NCBI RefSeq assembly: GCF_037042905.1
Contig: NC_087252.1
Location: 434,001 to 498,000 of the forward strand
Source: Lytechinus pictus
Lineage: Eukaryota
Direction: 5' to 3'
DNA length: 64,000 nt
Under the pieces are notes generated by a model, which did not search any database, was not told where the DNA came from, and was given only the letters and a program-made list of their open reading frames with translations. Made by a program: the position numbers and the translations under genes. Below, in pieces: positions 36,946-62,903 of the stretch (positions are counted from its first letter, which is position 1; each line of letters starts with the position of its first letter).

Positions 36946-37461
36946 TATTTCAGCAGTGGCGCATAATGCTAGCATATATATCAATTAAAAAAAAAAGACT
37001 ATGAGCATATTCTTTCGTTTGAAATAGAAATAAATGCTGACAAATACTTTTCTTTTCTCAAGGAAAAGATCAGTGAAGGGAAATAGGAAATAGCTTAGTA
37101 TCCAAAACCGCAGTAATTATTTTTTCGATTACACATTCGGGGACAATGCGAATTTGCAAGCTTATACTGGTAGGTTGGCAAAATTGCTACACGCTGTAGG
37201 CCCTATATATCGTTTTTATATTTTTCCATCATCAAGATGGAAGGAGGGAAGGAAGGACTTATGATTTTCATTACAGATCGAGCTTGCGATCTGCCGAAAA
37301 TTTATTTTCAAATTATAATCCTCCTATTAAAAAGCCTCTTGATTTGCTAAGGAAGGCGAGAGAGAAAGAAAGAGAGAGAGAGATTGAGAGAAAGAAAGAA
37401 AGATAGAAGAAAGGAAAAAAAAGAAAGAAAGAGAGAGATGGAGAGAAAGAAAGAAATGGTA

Positions 37462-37675
37462 AATAGTGGTGATTTTTTCATCTGATTGCTAAGACGTAAA
37501 GCATGAATGCTTGTAAGCAAGCAACCAGAGGACCGACAGCTTAAGGTCCTCTCCGAGGGACCTGGTAATGAGGATAAATGTCTTACCAACGCTGGGCACT
37601 ATAGCGCACCAAGTGGGGATCGAATCCGGGTCACCAGAATCCGAAACCCCCGCTCTACAGCTAGACTGAGCTAGT
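37462..37675 (-). mobile_element. tRNA-derived SINE, family 2
   Basis: Reverse-complement match to 59171-59380. Confidence 0.85.
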
Positions 37676-38783
37676 ATTAGAAAGTAAGGGAGAAAGAAAG
37701 GAAGGAAAGAAATTAAGATCCGTTCTACATTGATAGGCTATATTCTTTGTACCCGTATTTATATTCTGAAAATTGAATATTGAATATTTGCGTGCATCAC
37801 CCATTATGCTGCACAGGCCTACAATGAAAACTCATTTCGAACTCAAGGACGTACACTAATTAAATTGACTTGAGTTAGTAAAAACTGCAATGAAAGTGGC
37901 ATGGTGGATTTTTTTTATGGGGGCTGATTTTTTTTTATCACGGTATAAGGGCCAAGAGTATTTCTGGAAATTAATGTAAGCGAGTGATGCGAGTGAGCCA
38001 AAATCGCACTCTTTCGATCATTAATTCTCACATGGACATGATGGATATCAAATTGAAATTAGCACGGTATTTATGGAACTTTGATGAAGATTATGATATT
38101 GAAAATTCGGGGGTCTGCATCCCCCCTCCCCCATCGAAAGCAAACACGCTACTGTCTATGAATCTTACAGGGCATATGTTAGTCAGATATGTTCGGAAAA
38201 CATATTTCATCTTAGTAAAGTGAGTGCTGACGCTGAATGTTCCAGCTCCATATACACCAGATATCAAAATAGTTATAAGTGGAAAGGAAACTTCAAAGAA
38301 AGGTAGGCCTAATTATTGAGGTAATACGCATTTAGAATTCGAGTAATCATACACAAGTTGTGATTGAGATACTTTAAAAATGAAGAGAAAACGCAAATAT
38401 TACTATCGAGATTTTCTCGCTATAGCGGGATTAGGACTAGTGGGGCCATAGCTCCCTTCCCTAAAGTTTCACTACTGCGAAAAAATGAGAACAAAGAAAG
38501 AGAAGGAAAGGAAATACTGTGACATTTATGATACAAATTTTTCATGTATAATTGTAAACATCTATCGCAAAATTAGCCTTTCTCCCACTCTCACCCTAAT
38601 TCCCCATGCTGATTTATGCAATAGGCCCACATTAACCTTTGTGTATATAATTGTCCTTTTCCCTTTTTCATGAATTGTAATTTTGTATCTGTAATTATTT
38701 TGTGACTGTTGATTTTGATTTATATATGAATAAAAGATTGAAAGATAATTTTTTTGTATACCTATATACAGATCGACTGCAAA

Positions 38784-39074
38784 ATGAAGTCAAAGATTGT
38801 GATTTTCAGCCTTCTTGCTGTGGCTTTGACGAGCCTGTCAATCACGAAGAAGGTTGCTGGTGTGGAAAGCCAAGCTCCAGGGACAACTACGAACGATGGT
38901 GAGTTCATTTATGAATATTGTCGAATCCCTGTATGTAATGATGATTAAATTTATGTAATGAACTGGTTTCCCCCCAAAAAAATCTGTCCAAATCCGCACT
39001 CTTCTTGTATTTTGTTTAGAATTATTATGATGATGATTATTATCATTCTATTATTTTATTAATATGATATACAT

Positions 39075-39145
<71 letters not shown>

Positions 39146-42100
39146 CAACTTTTCTCTCTACGGTTGTTTAATTCACCTTGTATTTTGATATATATATTTA
39201 TAATTCATGATTCCATAAAGAGGTGATTTTTTTTATTACGTGTCTGATCACAATGTTAATTCAATGCTTTTGATGCAGTGAGGCATAGAAATGATAAGTT
39301 GTGAAGTATATATACTCTTTTAAAGCAAGAAAATTTGCGTGATGTTTTTTTATTATTATTTTGAAAGACCCAACTCGTATAATACATAGGGTTGGATATG
39401 ATAATGGAAGGAGTAATACTCCAACAGCACCATTACATCACGCGGTTACTGGTTCAGTGGGAGGACAGAACGCAGGGGCACATACAAACGAAGGTTAAGC
39501 ATGGTCGTTTGTCTGATCATGAAAATGAAGTAGGCCTAATATTTGTTGCAGAGAATCACATGAACATATAATGCGCCAAGTGTACCTTAAAATAAGTATG
39601 ATAGTTGCATCAGTTTGTGAATTCTCATATCATTTTAGTAAGCTAAACTTGCATTATATGCAGTTTATTGTAAAATGAGGAAAGTATCCCAGAAAGTATT
39701 TTCAGGAGTAGTTGAAAACGGTGCCAAAACGACCGAATCGAACCCTATATACAAAACCAAAAAACATCGTATTTTCTTGTTACTCACTTATAGATTTTGT
39801 AATTAATTATATAGATTTGTAAATAGTGAAGGCCATTTTAGTTAAAGATCAAGTCCACCCCAGAAAAATGTTGATTTTAATAAATATAGAAAATCAAACT
39901 AGCATAACTCTGAAAATTTCATCAAAATCGGATGTAAAATAAGAAAGTTATGACATTTTAAAGTTCCACTTATTTTTCACAAAACAGTTACGTGTATATG
40001 CACAAGTCATCATTGACATGCAAATGAGACAGTCACTGATGTCCCTCACTCACTATTTCTGTGGGGTTTTTTTTTTTAATTATATGATATTTCAATTTTT
40101 ACTTATTTGACAATAAGGACCATCTTGACTGAACCATAAACAATGCTAATTCCACATGTTCAGGGAGTAAATCGTTGTTTCACTTGACAATGAAGAGAAA
40201 AATAGAATATTTCATATTTCCCAAAATAAAATGCAAAAAAATATAGTGAGTGGATGATGTCATCAGTCTCCTGATTTGCATACCGACAAGGATGTGAATC
40301 TAACTGTTTTGTGAAATTAAGCGAACTTTTAAAATGCCATAACTTTCTTATTTTACATCCGATTTTGATGAATTTTTCAGTGTTATGCTTGTTGGATTTT
40401 TTCTCTTTGTATTCAAATCACCCTTTTCTTTTTTTTTGGGGGGGGGGGTGGACTTGTCCTTTAGTATATATTTAATTTATACCAGTTTGTTAATGCCTTA
40501 ATTTCACTGTGGATTTTATCTTGTTTGTTTAAAATGTGAATTGGACCCCTCATCAGATTTGCTGTATTAATGAATCAGCTGAGCTGGGGGATCATTCCAA
40601 TTTTATATCATATTTTAATTTTATAGAATCAAATCAAAAGCAATTTCTATGAAAACCATGTTGAAAAATGTATTAAAACAAATTATTAAAACATGTACAT
40701 TTTGGTAAGGCATCATATATAAATATTATAAATAATATAATAAAAATTGGTACTTATATAACGCATAATCAATTAAAATTGCTCTATGCGCTTTATACAA
40801 ATTGCTCTCCAATATTACAATTACACATACACTACAACAAAAATAAGTACGTTTTCAAATGTTGTTTAAACGATTCAACAGAAGTACATGATCGAAGGTG
40901 AATTGTTAAACTATTCCATAATCTGGCACCGCACAAATCGAAACTAGCTTCCTCCCTTTTGAAACGACTCTAGGAATGTGTAAGATTGTAGTGTCTTCAT
41001 TAGAACGAAGTCTGTAATAGTAATGTCGGTGGCCGGTGTGGCGCGATCATGAAAGGTATTCGGGTGCCATTTTATGCATACACTTATATATACTAACAGT
41101 ACAGTGCAATTCTTTGTAAGAAGAGTGATTGTTGCACATTTTTGACTTTATTCTCTTTTTCTTATATTAATGTTTATCTAGAGTTAACTCGCATTATATC
41201 CAGGGTAGCGTATGATGATGGGAGTGGGACGCCAAGAGCGGGGCCAAGAGGAGCAAAGTTTGCTGCAGGTGCATCCACGAATAGAAGTGAGTTACCTTCA
41301 GAGATAGACAGTGGGGAACGTGTCAACACGGCCCCCAACAAAATCCAAAGTTTGTGGAAACTTTAATTTTCATCATAAAAACCCCCCAAAGACTTGGTAC
41401 CTTAATTGTGGTGAACAAAAAGTTGAACTAATTGTAATTATATACCAAATTGTAATTATATATATTTGTAAGACCCCATGGAAGAACAGTGGTATTTTGT
41501 TAATACCGCTAAAATGGGCTATCCTAATATTTTATATGATTTATACGATTTTTAAAAATTTGAACATTTATATATATATATATATTTCATTCTTTTTATA
41601 TGAAAATGAAATCCAAACAAACAAACAAACGACTGTTTTGTATCTCAGTCTTACTTGAATTGAATTGACTGTGCTCGAATTGACAAGAATATTCACATAT
41701 ATTCACATTATTTTGTGTGTTTGTGTGATAGATATGTGCAGGGCTACGCTTAAGGGACAAGGGCTGGAAACACAGTCTGGATGCATGCATGATTTCTCAA
41801 GTATTGAAGAGAAAAATAGTGGAGAAAAAAAAATAGGAAAGAAATATATTATAAAGGAATACTCTTAATAAAATGACGAGAATCACGAAAATAATAATAA
41901 TACAAAATATAGGTATATTTACCCAGGGAAGCCACTTCAGTTCTGAAAACTGCCTCTCCCAGCGGGCCCTGCTATTATTATTAAAATAGATGAACTTGGA
42001 TTGTTTCTAGTTTAATTGATGTTTCCAGGTGTATTAATGCTGCATTTATGTCCACCTATATTGCTTAAGGTAGTGGCTTTTAATACCATGAGTGCCAATC

Positions 42101-42761
42101 TGATTTTTGTCCCTCTATAGTCTGCTTCGAGTTGGAATTGGAGAGCTATCAATATGATTGCCTCAATGTGAAGATATCTAAAACCTTTGGGGCGACTCTA
42201 TACGCATGCTAGTATACTCCGGAATGACGTAAGTGAATGCTTATTTCATCCAGGGGCGGATCCAGGATTTTCCAAAGGGGGAGCACATTTTTTCGGAGGA
42301 AAAATATGACAAGCAAAAAAAAAAGAAAACGAAAAAAGGTATTCACTATCAAAAGAGGGAACACACCGCTGTTTTAAAGGCATTTTTACATTAAAAAAAA
42401 TAATTTTGCTTCTCTAAAGGAGGGGGGGGGGGGACGCGGGCCGGCTGTGCCCCAACCCCCTGGATCCGCCAGTGATTTAATCATCCTAGGGGCTTTATTA
42501 TTTTTTTTAATATGCGATACAGATTTGTGGCACACATTTTATGCATTTCGCGTTTAAATTTTATTGCTATATACCGAATTCATAATATTGCTAAATTATG
42601 TGTACGCTATCACATTATATACTGTATACATTCTTTTAGGTTGATGTTCATCGAAAAGAAGGCATTTAAATAACAATATCATATCAATAAACTAATGTCC
42701 ATTTTCTCATATTTTGTTTTCATTTTCTCCGGAAGGTGATGGGTCTGGCGATCAAGAATAA
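38784..42761 (+). CDS. Small secreted orphan protein, about 123 aa; exons 38784-38898, 39368-39493, 41182-41286, 42736-42761
   Basis: Signal peptide MKSKIVIFSLLAVALTSLSITKKVAG; all introns phase 1 GT-AG; exons 2 and 3 paralogous (DPTRIIHRVGYDNG / ELTRIISRVAYDDG). The last exon is less certain; 42121-42228 is an alternative. Confidence 0.7.
39081..39142. repeat. (TA)n microsatellite
   Basis: Direct observation. Confidence 0.95.
39846..40460. mobile_element. Kolobok-like MITE, family A copy 2
   Basis: Same TIRs, opposite orientation to copy 1. Confidence 0.85.
40745..41130 (-). mobile_element. L2-type LINE 3' end
   Basis: Reverse strand gives YKCMHKMAPEYLS...YRLRS...GARLWNSL...FKQHLKTYLF followed by an agcgcatagagc tail. 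Confidence 0.75.
42252..42474. mobile_element. Short TIR element; partial copy at about 43705-43925
   Basis: CAGGGGCGGATCCAGG...CCTGGATCCGCCAGTG. Confidence 0.7.
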
Positions 42762-44184
42762 AAACACATTTGAAAACCTCACAGACTGAGGAATACGACT
42801 GGGTACTCGATCGCATCTTCTGCGTCTTTCTTTTTCTTCTGTACTTTTTTTTTTTTGGGGGGGGGGGTGGGTAATCATTTCTGGTATCGTCTAAAGCTAA
42901 CGGCTTTTCATTCGGTCAAACTGCAATATTTTCAGAGTTTGACACATTCTTTAACATTCATCATGGGTTAACCGTCAAATTTCATTAGAGATGAATTTTC
43001 TTTTTAATACTCAGAGTCATAATAGCCTTAGCTTTCACGATCATGACGGTGGTAAGAATTTTTTAACGTAAGTTAACTCTATTCTCTTCTATTTCGTGTT
43101 CTTTGTTTGAATTTTCAATTATAATAGTTTTATATATCATTTTAATTCTTCTGTCATACAATCTAGAGATAATGGATTTAATCGCATGGCACGGAATAAT
43201 TAATCTTATGAGGAGCGAATTTAATTCATGTCATCGATCAAATTCTATCCGACGAAGTAAAGAACCTTTACGTTTTCTTGTTTATTTTTTCTTTTCTTTT
43301 TCACCTCATTATGATAAAAAAAAACATTTCAGGGGAAAGCTGATAGTGTTTTAAAAACAAAAAGATTTTAAAATCTAATGGTAACTTTGGGGTATCCTTG
43401 CATGCGCTTATCATGGCAATTATATAATCTTTCGTGTTTTCGTTACCCACCTATGTTTCTGTATCATGTCAAATGATTATTCTGTTCCGCTTTGATTGCA
43501 ACGGTAAAACAAACTTTTACGTATTATTTTTCTGGAAAATTATATTATTGTTTATTAAAACATTGAACGCAAAATAAATTCAATCAATCAACAATCATAT
43601 TGTCTGAGTTCAATAGATATCATTTTTTCAATTTCAATTGGGTGTTAGGAAAGGTGCGGTAGTTCGGATATGCTCCCATCCCATAGCATAGACAGTACAT
43701 TAAACAGGGGCGGATCCAGGATTTTCCAAAGGGGGGGGGGGGCAAATTTTCGAAGGAAAAATTTGACAAGCCCCCCCCCAAAAAAAAAGGTTTTCAACCA
43801 CAAATTTAGGATACTTCGTACCCGAAAAATTTGACAAGCAAAAAAAAAAGAAAAAAAAAAAAGGTCTTCACCTCTGTGTGAATGGCATTTTTACATTACA
43901 AACTTTTAATTTTGCTTCTCAAGGGATTAAACAAAGAGACTTAAAAAAAAAGGGCAGAGGAAAACAGAAGAAAATAAAGAAGTGAGATTAAAAAACGAGA
44001 GTAGAAAGGAATAATTCAAAATGATGTTTGACTTAGTCCTGACATTAGTTCATTATTGACTCCAACTTTACTTCCCAAAGATTTGCAAATCTTGACCAGA
44101 AAATGGCAACAGAATCCTCGTTCTGTGAGCTTCCAGTTCCTATCTTACCAACTTAACTGCAATTGATCCGATCAACCACAACTA

Positions 44185-44536
44185 CAGTGCGTATAAAAAA
44201 AAAAAGGTTTACACTTTGAAAAAGCCCTGGGAATTAAAAAATATACATGTGGGTAATTTTGTCACATGGGTTTGGGTCTCATTAATCAAATGAAAATAAA
44301 AGTTTTGACAGAATGTTACACTTGAGTGAGCACTGTCCATTTATGTAAAGCTCACAGAAATCTGTTTGCACAGGAATGCTCGTTTTCACGCTAAGCCTAA
44401 GGGCGAAATCAAACTTACCCTGCGAAACATTTCTCATACTTTTCCCTTGCTCTTTTAGTCAATTAAAATAAAAAGATACAAATGTATAAATTTACAGGAT
44501 TTTTTCTAAGTGTAAACTTTTTTTTGATACGCACTG
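44185..44536. mobile_element. Tc1/mariner-type MITE
   Basis: TA|CAGTGCGTAT...ATACGCACTG|TA. Confidence 0.85.
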
Positions 44537-45889
44537 TATAGAAAGCCAGCAACTTCATCATCACACCTGTATCTTTGTTTAAAGTCATGTATAAATCATT
44601 GTCTTGAAAATTTGGTGTGCTCCTCTTTGTTTTCCAAGGACATTATGCAAATTGCCCATCAGGAAAATTATGACAATTTCCATATGGTTGAGGTTAATCT
44701 GATCAATCACAACTCTTTGTAAGATGGGACCGTAGATTTCATTCATCCCATAATCCAATCATTTTCTTCTTCCACTCTAGCTATTACATTTCTTGACAAA
44801 AAAGAAAAGACGAGTGAAACAAATGTTCAGTTTTCTTCTATTTCATTCAATTAATACATTCCTCTGTACAGTCATACCTTTACAACAAACATTAAACTCA
44901 CATATTTACATCATTACAAAAGAACAAATATTCGATGTGACAATGAATTTCTCAGAGAAAATGAATTTCTTTTACCATTTTTGTCACAAATATCATTTCT
45001 GGCATTTCTCTCTGAAGTTACCTCATAAGTGCATTGAGTTCTGTTTACATACAAATTTATACATATCAAATACATTTTTAGACATTGAACAGAACAGTAT
45101 TAAAATGCATTAGAAAAAATACTAATTGAATAGATTTATTAATATGAACTTGTAATTGTGATATCACTGAAATTCAATTAAAAGCACACATTTTTCAAAA
45201 TATTATTCAGAAGTTATTTCTTTTTTTCTTAAATAATACAAATGTTGTACTAAGTAATTTGTTGGCAGACCCTACCCAATTTGTCACCTTAATACCTTGT
45301 CCCCTTCCCCTAAAGCTTGTAAATAATATAAAACAAAAAAGTCATGGTTCGTGCAGATTTCCTGTATAAATTACGCTTATTTACCACCGATATTAAAAAA
45401 TGTCCAATGCTGATGCGCGCTTTTGTCATAGTTCGCCAAATTGACGCCTGTTGCCATGGTTAAGTACACTCTTTCATTCAGGAGTCCACTGTTTAAAGAG
45501 TTGACTCATATATTAAAAACAGTGGACAGTGGACTTATGAATAAATAGTGTGGATAACCATGACAACAGGCGTCAATTTGGCGCACTGTGACAAAAACAC
45601 GCTTCAGCATTGGACGCTTTTTAATACACGTGGTAAATAAGCGTAATTTATACAGGAAATCTGCATAAACCATGGGATAAACCGATGATTTTAAAAACAA
45701 CCTTTGTGAATTTGAGCCTTTGTGTCTGCAGTTCTTCAGAACAATTCTAAAAAAATTGACTATTGAAGGACATATTTTTCTTGTTTGAATTCCATAACTA
45801 TGTTTTTAGTCCACCCCAACAAATAAATTTGCAATGGTTGAACATAATGGTGATGGATATCCTATTACATTCATCTTTGACAATATTAA

Positions 45890-46477
45890 AGGTCAAATCC
45901 ACCCCAGGAAAATGCTAACTTGAATAAATAGAGAACAATCAAACTAGCATAGTGCTGAAAATTTCATCAAAATTGGATGTAAAATAAGAAAGTTATGACA
46001 TTTTAAAGTTTTGCTGTTTTTCACAAAACAGTGATATGCACAACTAGGTGAGTCAGTCGATGATGTCAATCACTCATTATTTCTTTTGTTTTTTATTGTT
46101 TGAATATACAATATTTCATTTTTATAGATTTGACAATAAGGACAAACTTGACTGAAACATATAGTATTAAACAATGCTAATGCCACATGTTCAGGGAGGA
46201 ATTAATCGTTGTATCACTTGACAATGAGGAAAAAATTAGAATATTTCATATTTCATGTAATAAAATACAAAAGAAATAGTGAGTGGATGACGTCATAGTC
46301 TCCTCATTTGCATACCAGCCAGGATGTGCATATAACTGTTTAGTGAAATTAAGCGAAACTTTAAAATGTCATAACTTTCTTATTTTACATCCGATTTTGA
46401 TGAAATTTTCAGTGTTATGCTTGTTAGATTTTTCTCTTTTTATTCAAATCAACTTTTTGTTGGGTTGGACTTGTCCT
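45890..46477. mobile_element. Kolobok-like MITE, family A copy 3
   Basis: TTAA on both sides, same TIRs. Confidence 0.85.
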
Positions 46478-46730
46478 TTAAACGCCCTGTCACATCGTTC
46501 TGTGTAAGCCTCGAGGGTGAGTAGCAGACAATCGCTTGCAACAGAGTTCAAAGCATGTTCAAAACTTTTCTGCACGCTAATCAGACTTCTGCGCACGTCT
46601 GCGTGTGAGGTATGTTCGAGATATTGACAATGCGGGCGACCTGTGGACCGTAGTAAAAATACTTATCCGCAAGTCACAGGCAATGCTTGCACGGATGTGA
46701 CAACGACCTTATTCAGGTCCTAATTAGCAA

Positions 46731-46812
46731 GAATTTCAATCTAAAGGGATTGAATTTCAATTTAAAGGGATTGAATTTCAATCTAAAGGGATTGAATTTC
46801 AATCTAAAGGGA
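46731..46812. repeat. 21-bp minisatellite, about 4 copies
   Basis: gaatttcaatctaaagggatt repeated. Confidence 0.9.
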
Positions 46813-49159
46813 CCAAATTTCAAAGTGATTGGGAATCTGCTTTAGAACCAATGAACGGACAAGCATTCATGCGTTAAGCCATTCATAATGATGATGATAT
46901 GATCCACGGCATTTATTGCGCCATATTTCTGTTTAAAACATTCATAGTAATTCATCAGGGATGTCAGTCAAATTTACTCAATGTGCCTGAAAAAAAAGCC
47001 TGGACATTTAAAACCCCTTATTTACTTGAAAATGTAGATCCTGAAAAACACCTGAAACCCATTTTTACATTATCACAAATATTTTGCACCATTATCATCG
47101 TATACAATATCCTATGTAAGATTATGAAATACAGGAACTATTGTGTAAGTATATCTAGGGTCAAATAAATCTATTATGCATGTATGAATTTGATTTTAAA
47201 ACCCCCATAAATACCAACTTTAGCATAAACTTCAGGCCTATTTTGTAAGGTTGATAATCATGGGATAAATCCCTTAAGTACATCCAATTTATATACCAGG
47301 GCCTGTCTTACAAAGTTATGATTGATCCAATCAACGTCTACAACTATAGAAAAACCAGCAACGTCAACATCTAAGATACACGTTTGTTCAAAAAAAATTG
47401 TAGATGTGATGTATATCATACATTCACTGTTTTCTTGGCAATTAGTACTTCTCTTTGTTTTCAAAGAACCTTGTGCAAATTTCCTAAAGAAAAAAAAAAG
47501 ACACTGATGGATTTCCATATACTTGAGGTTGATCAGTGGGCCCTGTCTTACAAAGAGTTACAATTGATCCAATCAATTGTAACTCTATGGAAATCCATCA
47601 GTGTCATAATGTTTTGTACAGGAAATTTGCAAAATTCCCTTTGTAAACAAAGGAGAACACACCAAATTGTAGAAATCAATGAATTCATGGAAATACATTC
47701 ATATCTAGAAAATATTTTAAAACAAACATGCATTTTATATATGTTGACTCTGCTGGGTTTCCATAGTTGCGATTGATCGTATCAAACGCAACTCTTTGTA
47801 AGACGGGCGCCTGATCAATCGTAACTCTTTGTAAGACGGGGCCCACACCGTCCTAAATCATTTGCACCCACTTTATGCTTTATAGCAAAAGGTGTAATAG
47901 TTCATGAAGTTCAGTAAAATTTGAGATCAAAGGGGGTTGGATACTCAAAGTAAGGGTAGTTATTTCATGGTCTTTTTTGTTCTGTAAAACACGGTTCTGG
48001 TGGGTGTTTCATAAAGCTGTGTTCGTAAGTTAAGAGCGACTTTAAGAATGAATGGTGAACCTTCCTTACGCGCTAAATAATCACCAATGATCATTTAATA
48101 GTGAATATCATTAACCACAAGCAAGGATCACCAATCGTTCTTAAAGTCACTCTTAACCTGCGAACAGCTTTATAAAGCCCCCCCCCCCCCCCCCCGTAAC
48201 CAAACAAAATCAAGGTTTCTAAAGCATATACATAATATAGAAATCATCATGTCCGTCTAGGATAGGCCCCTGTTCTAAAGATTACTTTGAGTTGGGAATT
48301 TATTCAACTTACAGTGTGTCCAATGAGGCAGGCATGACTAGAGAGCGGAGGGGGAGGGATACTCAAATTATAACATGATACTTATGTGCCACACAAAAAA
48401 CAAAAATATGGGGCTCTGGAACTAAACTTTGGTCTTAAAATGGGGGTCTCCGGAACTGCTCTAGGATCAACGATTGCTAAACATGCAATGCTCTGGAACG
48501 GCACAAATTCTGTGTTTTGGAGCGTTGCATGAATATGCGTGATGAACCAATCAGCGGTCTCCGAATCACTATGTTGAAAACAGTCAATGGTAATTTGCCA
48601 CTGTGCTGCACCAAGTATGAGCGGGCACTGCAACGAGAACCACAAATTTGAGGGTCTCTGGAATGGGGAAAATAGGAATTTCTGTGGCTTTCTGAATTGG
48701 TGATGCTCTGTAGCGGAAATTTAAGCTGAAAATGGGGGTCTATACTGAAGCACATACGTATCATACATTTATACTAAGTACCCCCCCCCATCCCGGGGAG
48801 AGCGTTCTCACTGCAGCCATGATGCAGGACAAAACAAGACACGAGTGCACATAAATAGAATGATTCATCACAGGTTGATGCACAGGTTTCTACTCCCACT
48901 CCTCCAACATGGCTGCTCATGGGAACACTCTATCGTCCAAACAAACAAATGCAACTTCTTATCCACAATCTGTTCTGAAAATGTCTCTAATAGTTACATG
49001 GACAGTCCAGGATCCCATTTTATAAAGACTTATTATAACAAATGAAACATTTCTATAACAAGTTTACTGTCAGCCAATGAAATTGAAGGATTTCAATAGC
49101 TTTTAACTGTTATTGAAAATATGTTATTATAACAAGTTTTATGAAACGGGCACCGGGTC

Positions 49160-61993
<12,834 letters not shown>

Positions 61994-62570
61994 CTATAAA
62001 TAAAATTTACCAAAGTAATTACAATCATACATGTATCATAATATAAAGAAAAGTACCTGACAAGTATTCATGTCAACTTATTCCTTATGACCCTAGATAA
62101 TTTTGGACTCCAAGAGATTTGACAACCAAAAAACAATCCTGCAAGGGTGATTTTCATAGGAAATATTGCTGCCGAGATGACACACATTCAATCTATCACA
62201 AAAAAAATCAAGCAATGGCCATCGTGGGTTTCCGAACTGAAATTTTGACACCCTTGCAGATATGGCACTCTCTTAAAATCACACACCTCTGCCAAGTAAA
62301 CTAGTAATGGCGCATGTGCACTTTCCAGAATGGAGGCACCCAGAGCTCTCTTTTGTTCTTCGCCAAGCTACAAGATGCACATCTTCTGAGCTGATATGAG
62401 TCTTGTATCTTGGCAAAGAACAAAAGAGAACAAGATGGCAACGTAAATATCGGCAAGCTTTTCCCCATTTTCTCAAGATATTTTTCGTATTTTTTTGTTT
62501 GAAAATGAATTCAATATCGTATTAATGTCGGAAATGAGTTCCCATTTAGATCTAGATCTTCATGATTTTT

Positions 62571-62903
62571 AGGGCTAAAAAAGTTAGATCTTATACTCGA
62601 ATGAAAGTAGAAATCTCGCCTCTCGGGGGCGAAAATTCTACTTTTTTTGTGGTACACGCAAATGAAATAATGGGACGCAATCCCTGCCTCGGTGGGCGTG
62701 GAGAGTAAGCACACGTCGTCAGTGAATGATTTTTTTTATAGGGCTAAAAAAGTTAGATCTTATACTCGAATGAAAGTAGAAATCTCGCCTCTCGGGGGCG
62801 AAAATTTTATTTTTTTTGTGGTACACGCAAATGAAATAATGGGACGCAATCCCTGCCTCGGTGGGCGTGGAGAGTAAGCACACGTCGTCAGTGAATGATT
62901 TTT
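62571..62903. repeat. Near-perfect tandem duplication, period 169 bp
   Basis: agggctaaaaaagttagatct...gtcagtgaatgattttt at 62571 and 62740. Confidence 0.92.

Noticed and set aside
41665..41700. LELTRIF peptide resembling exon 3 of the secreted gene
   Set aside because: Codons differ, there is no acceptor, and similarity ends after a few residues; likely chance.
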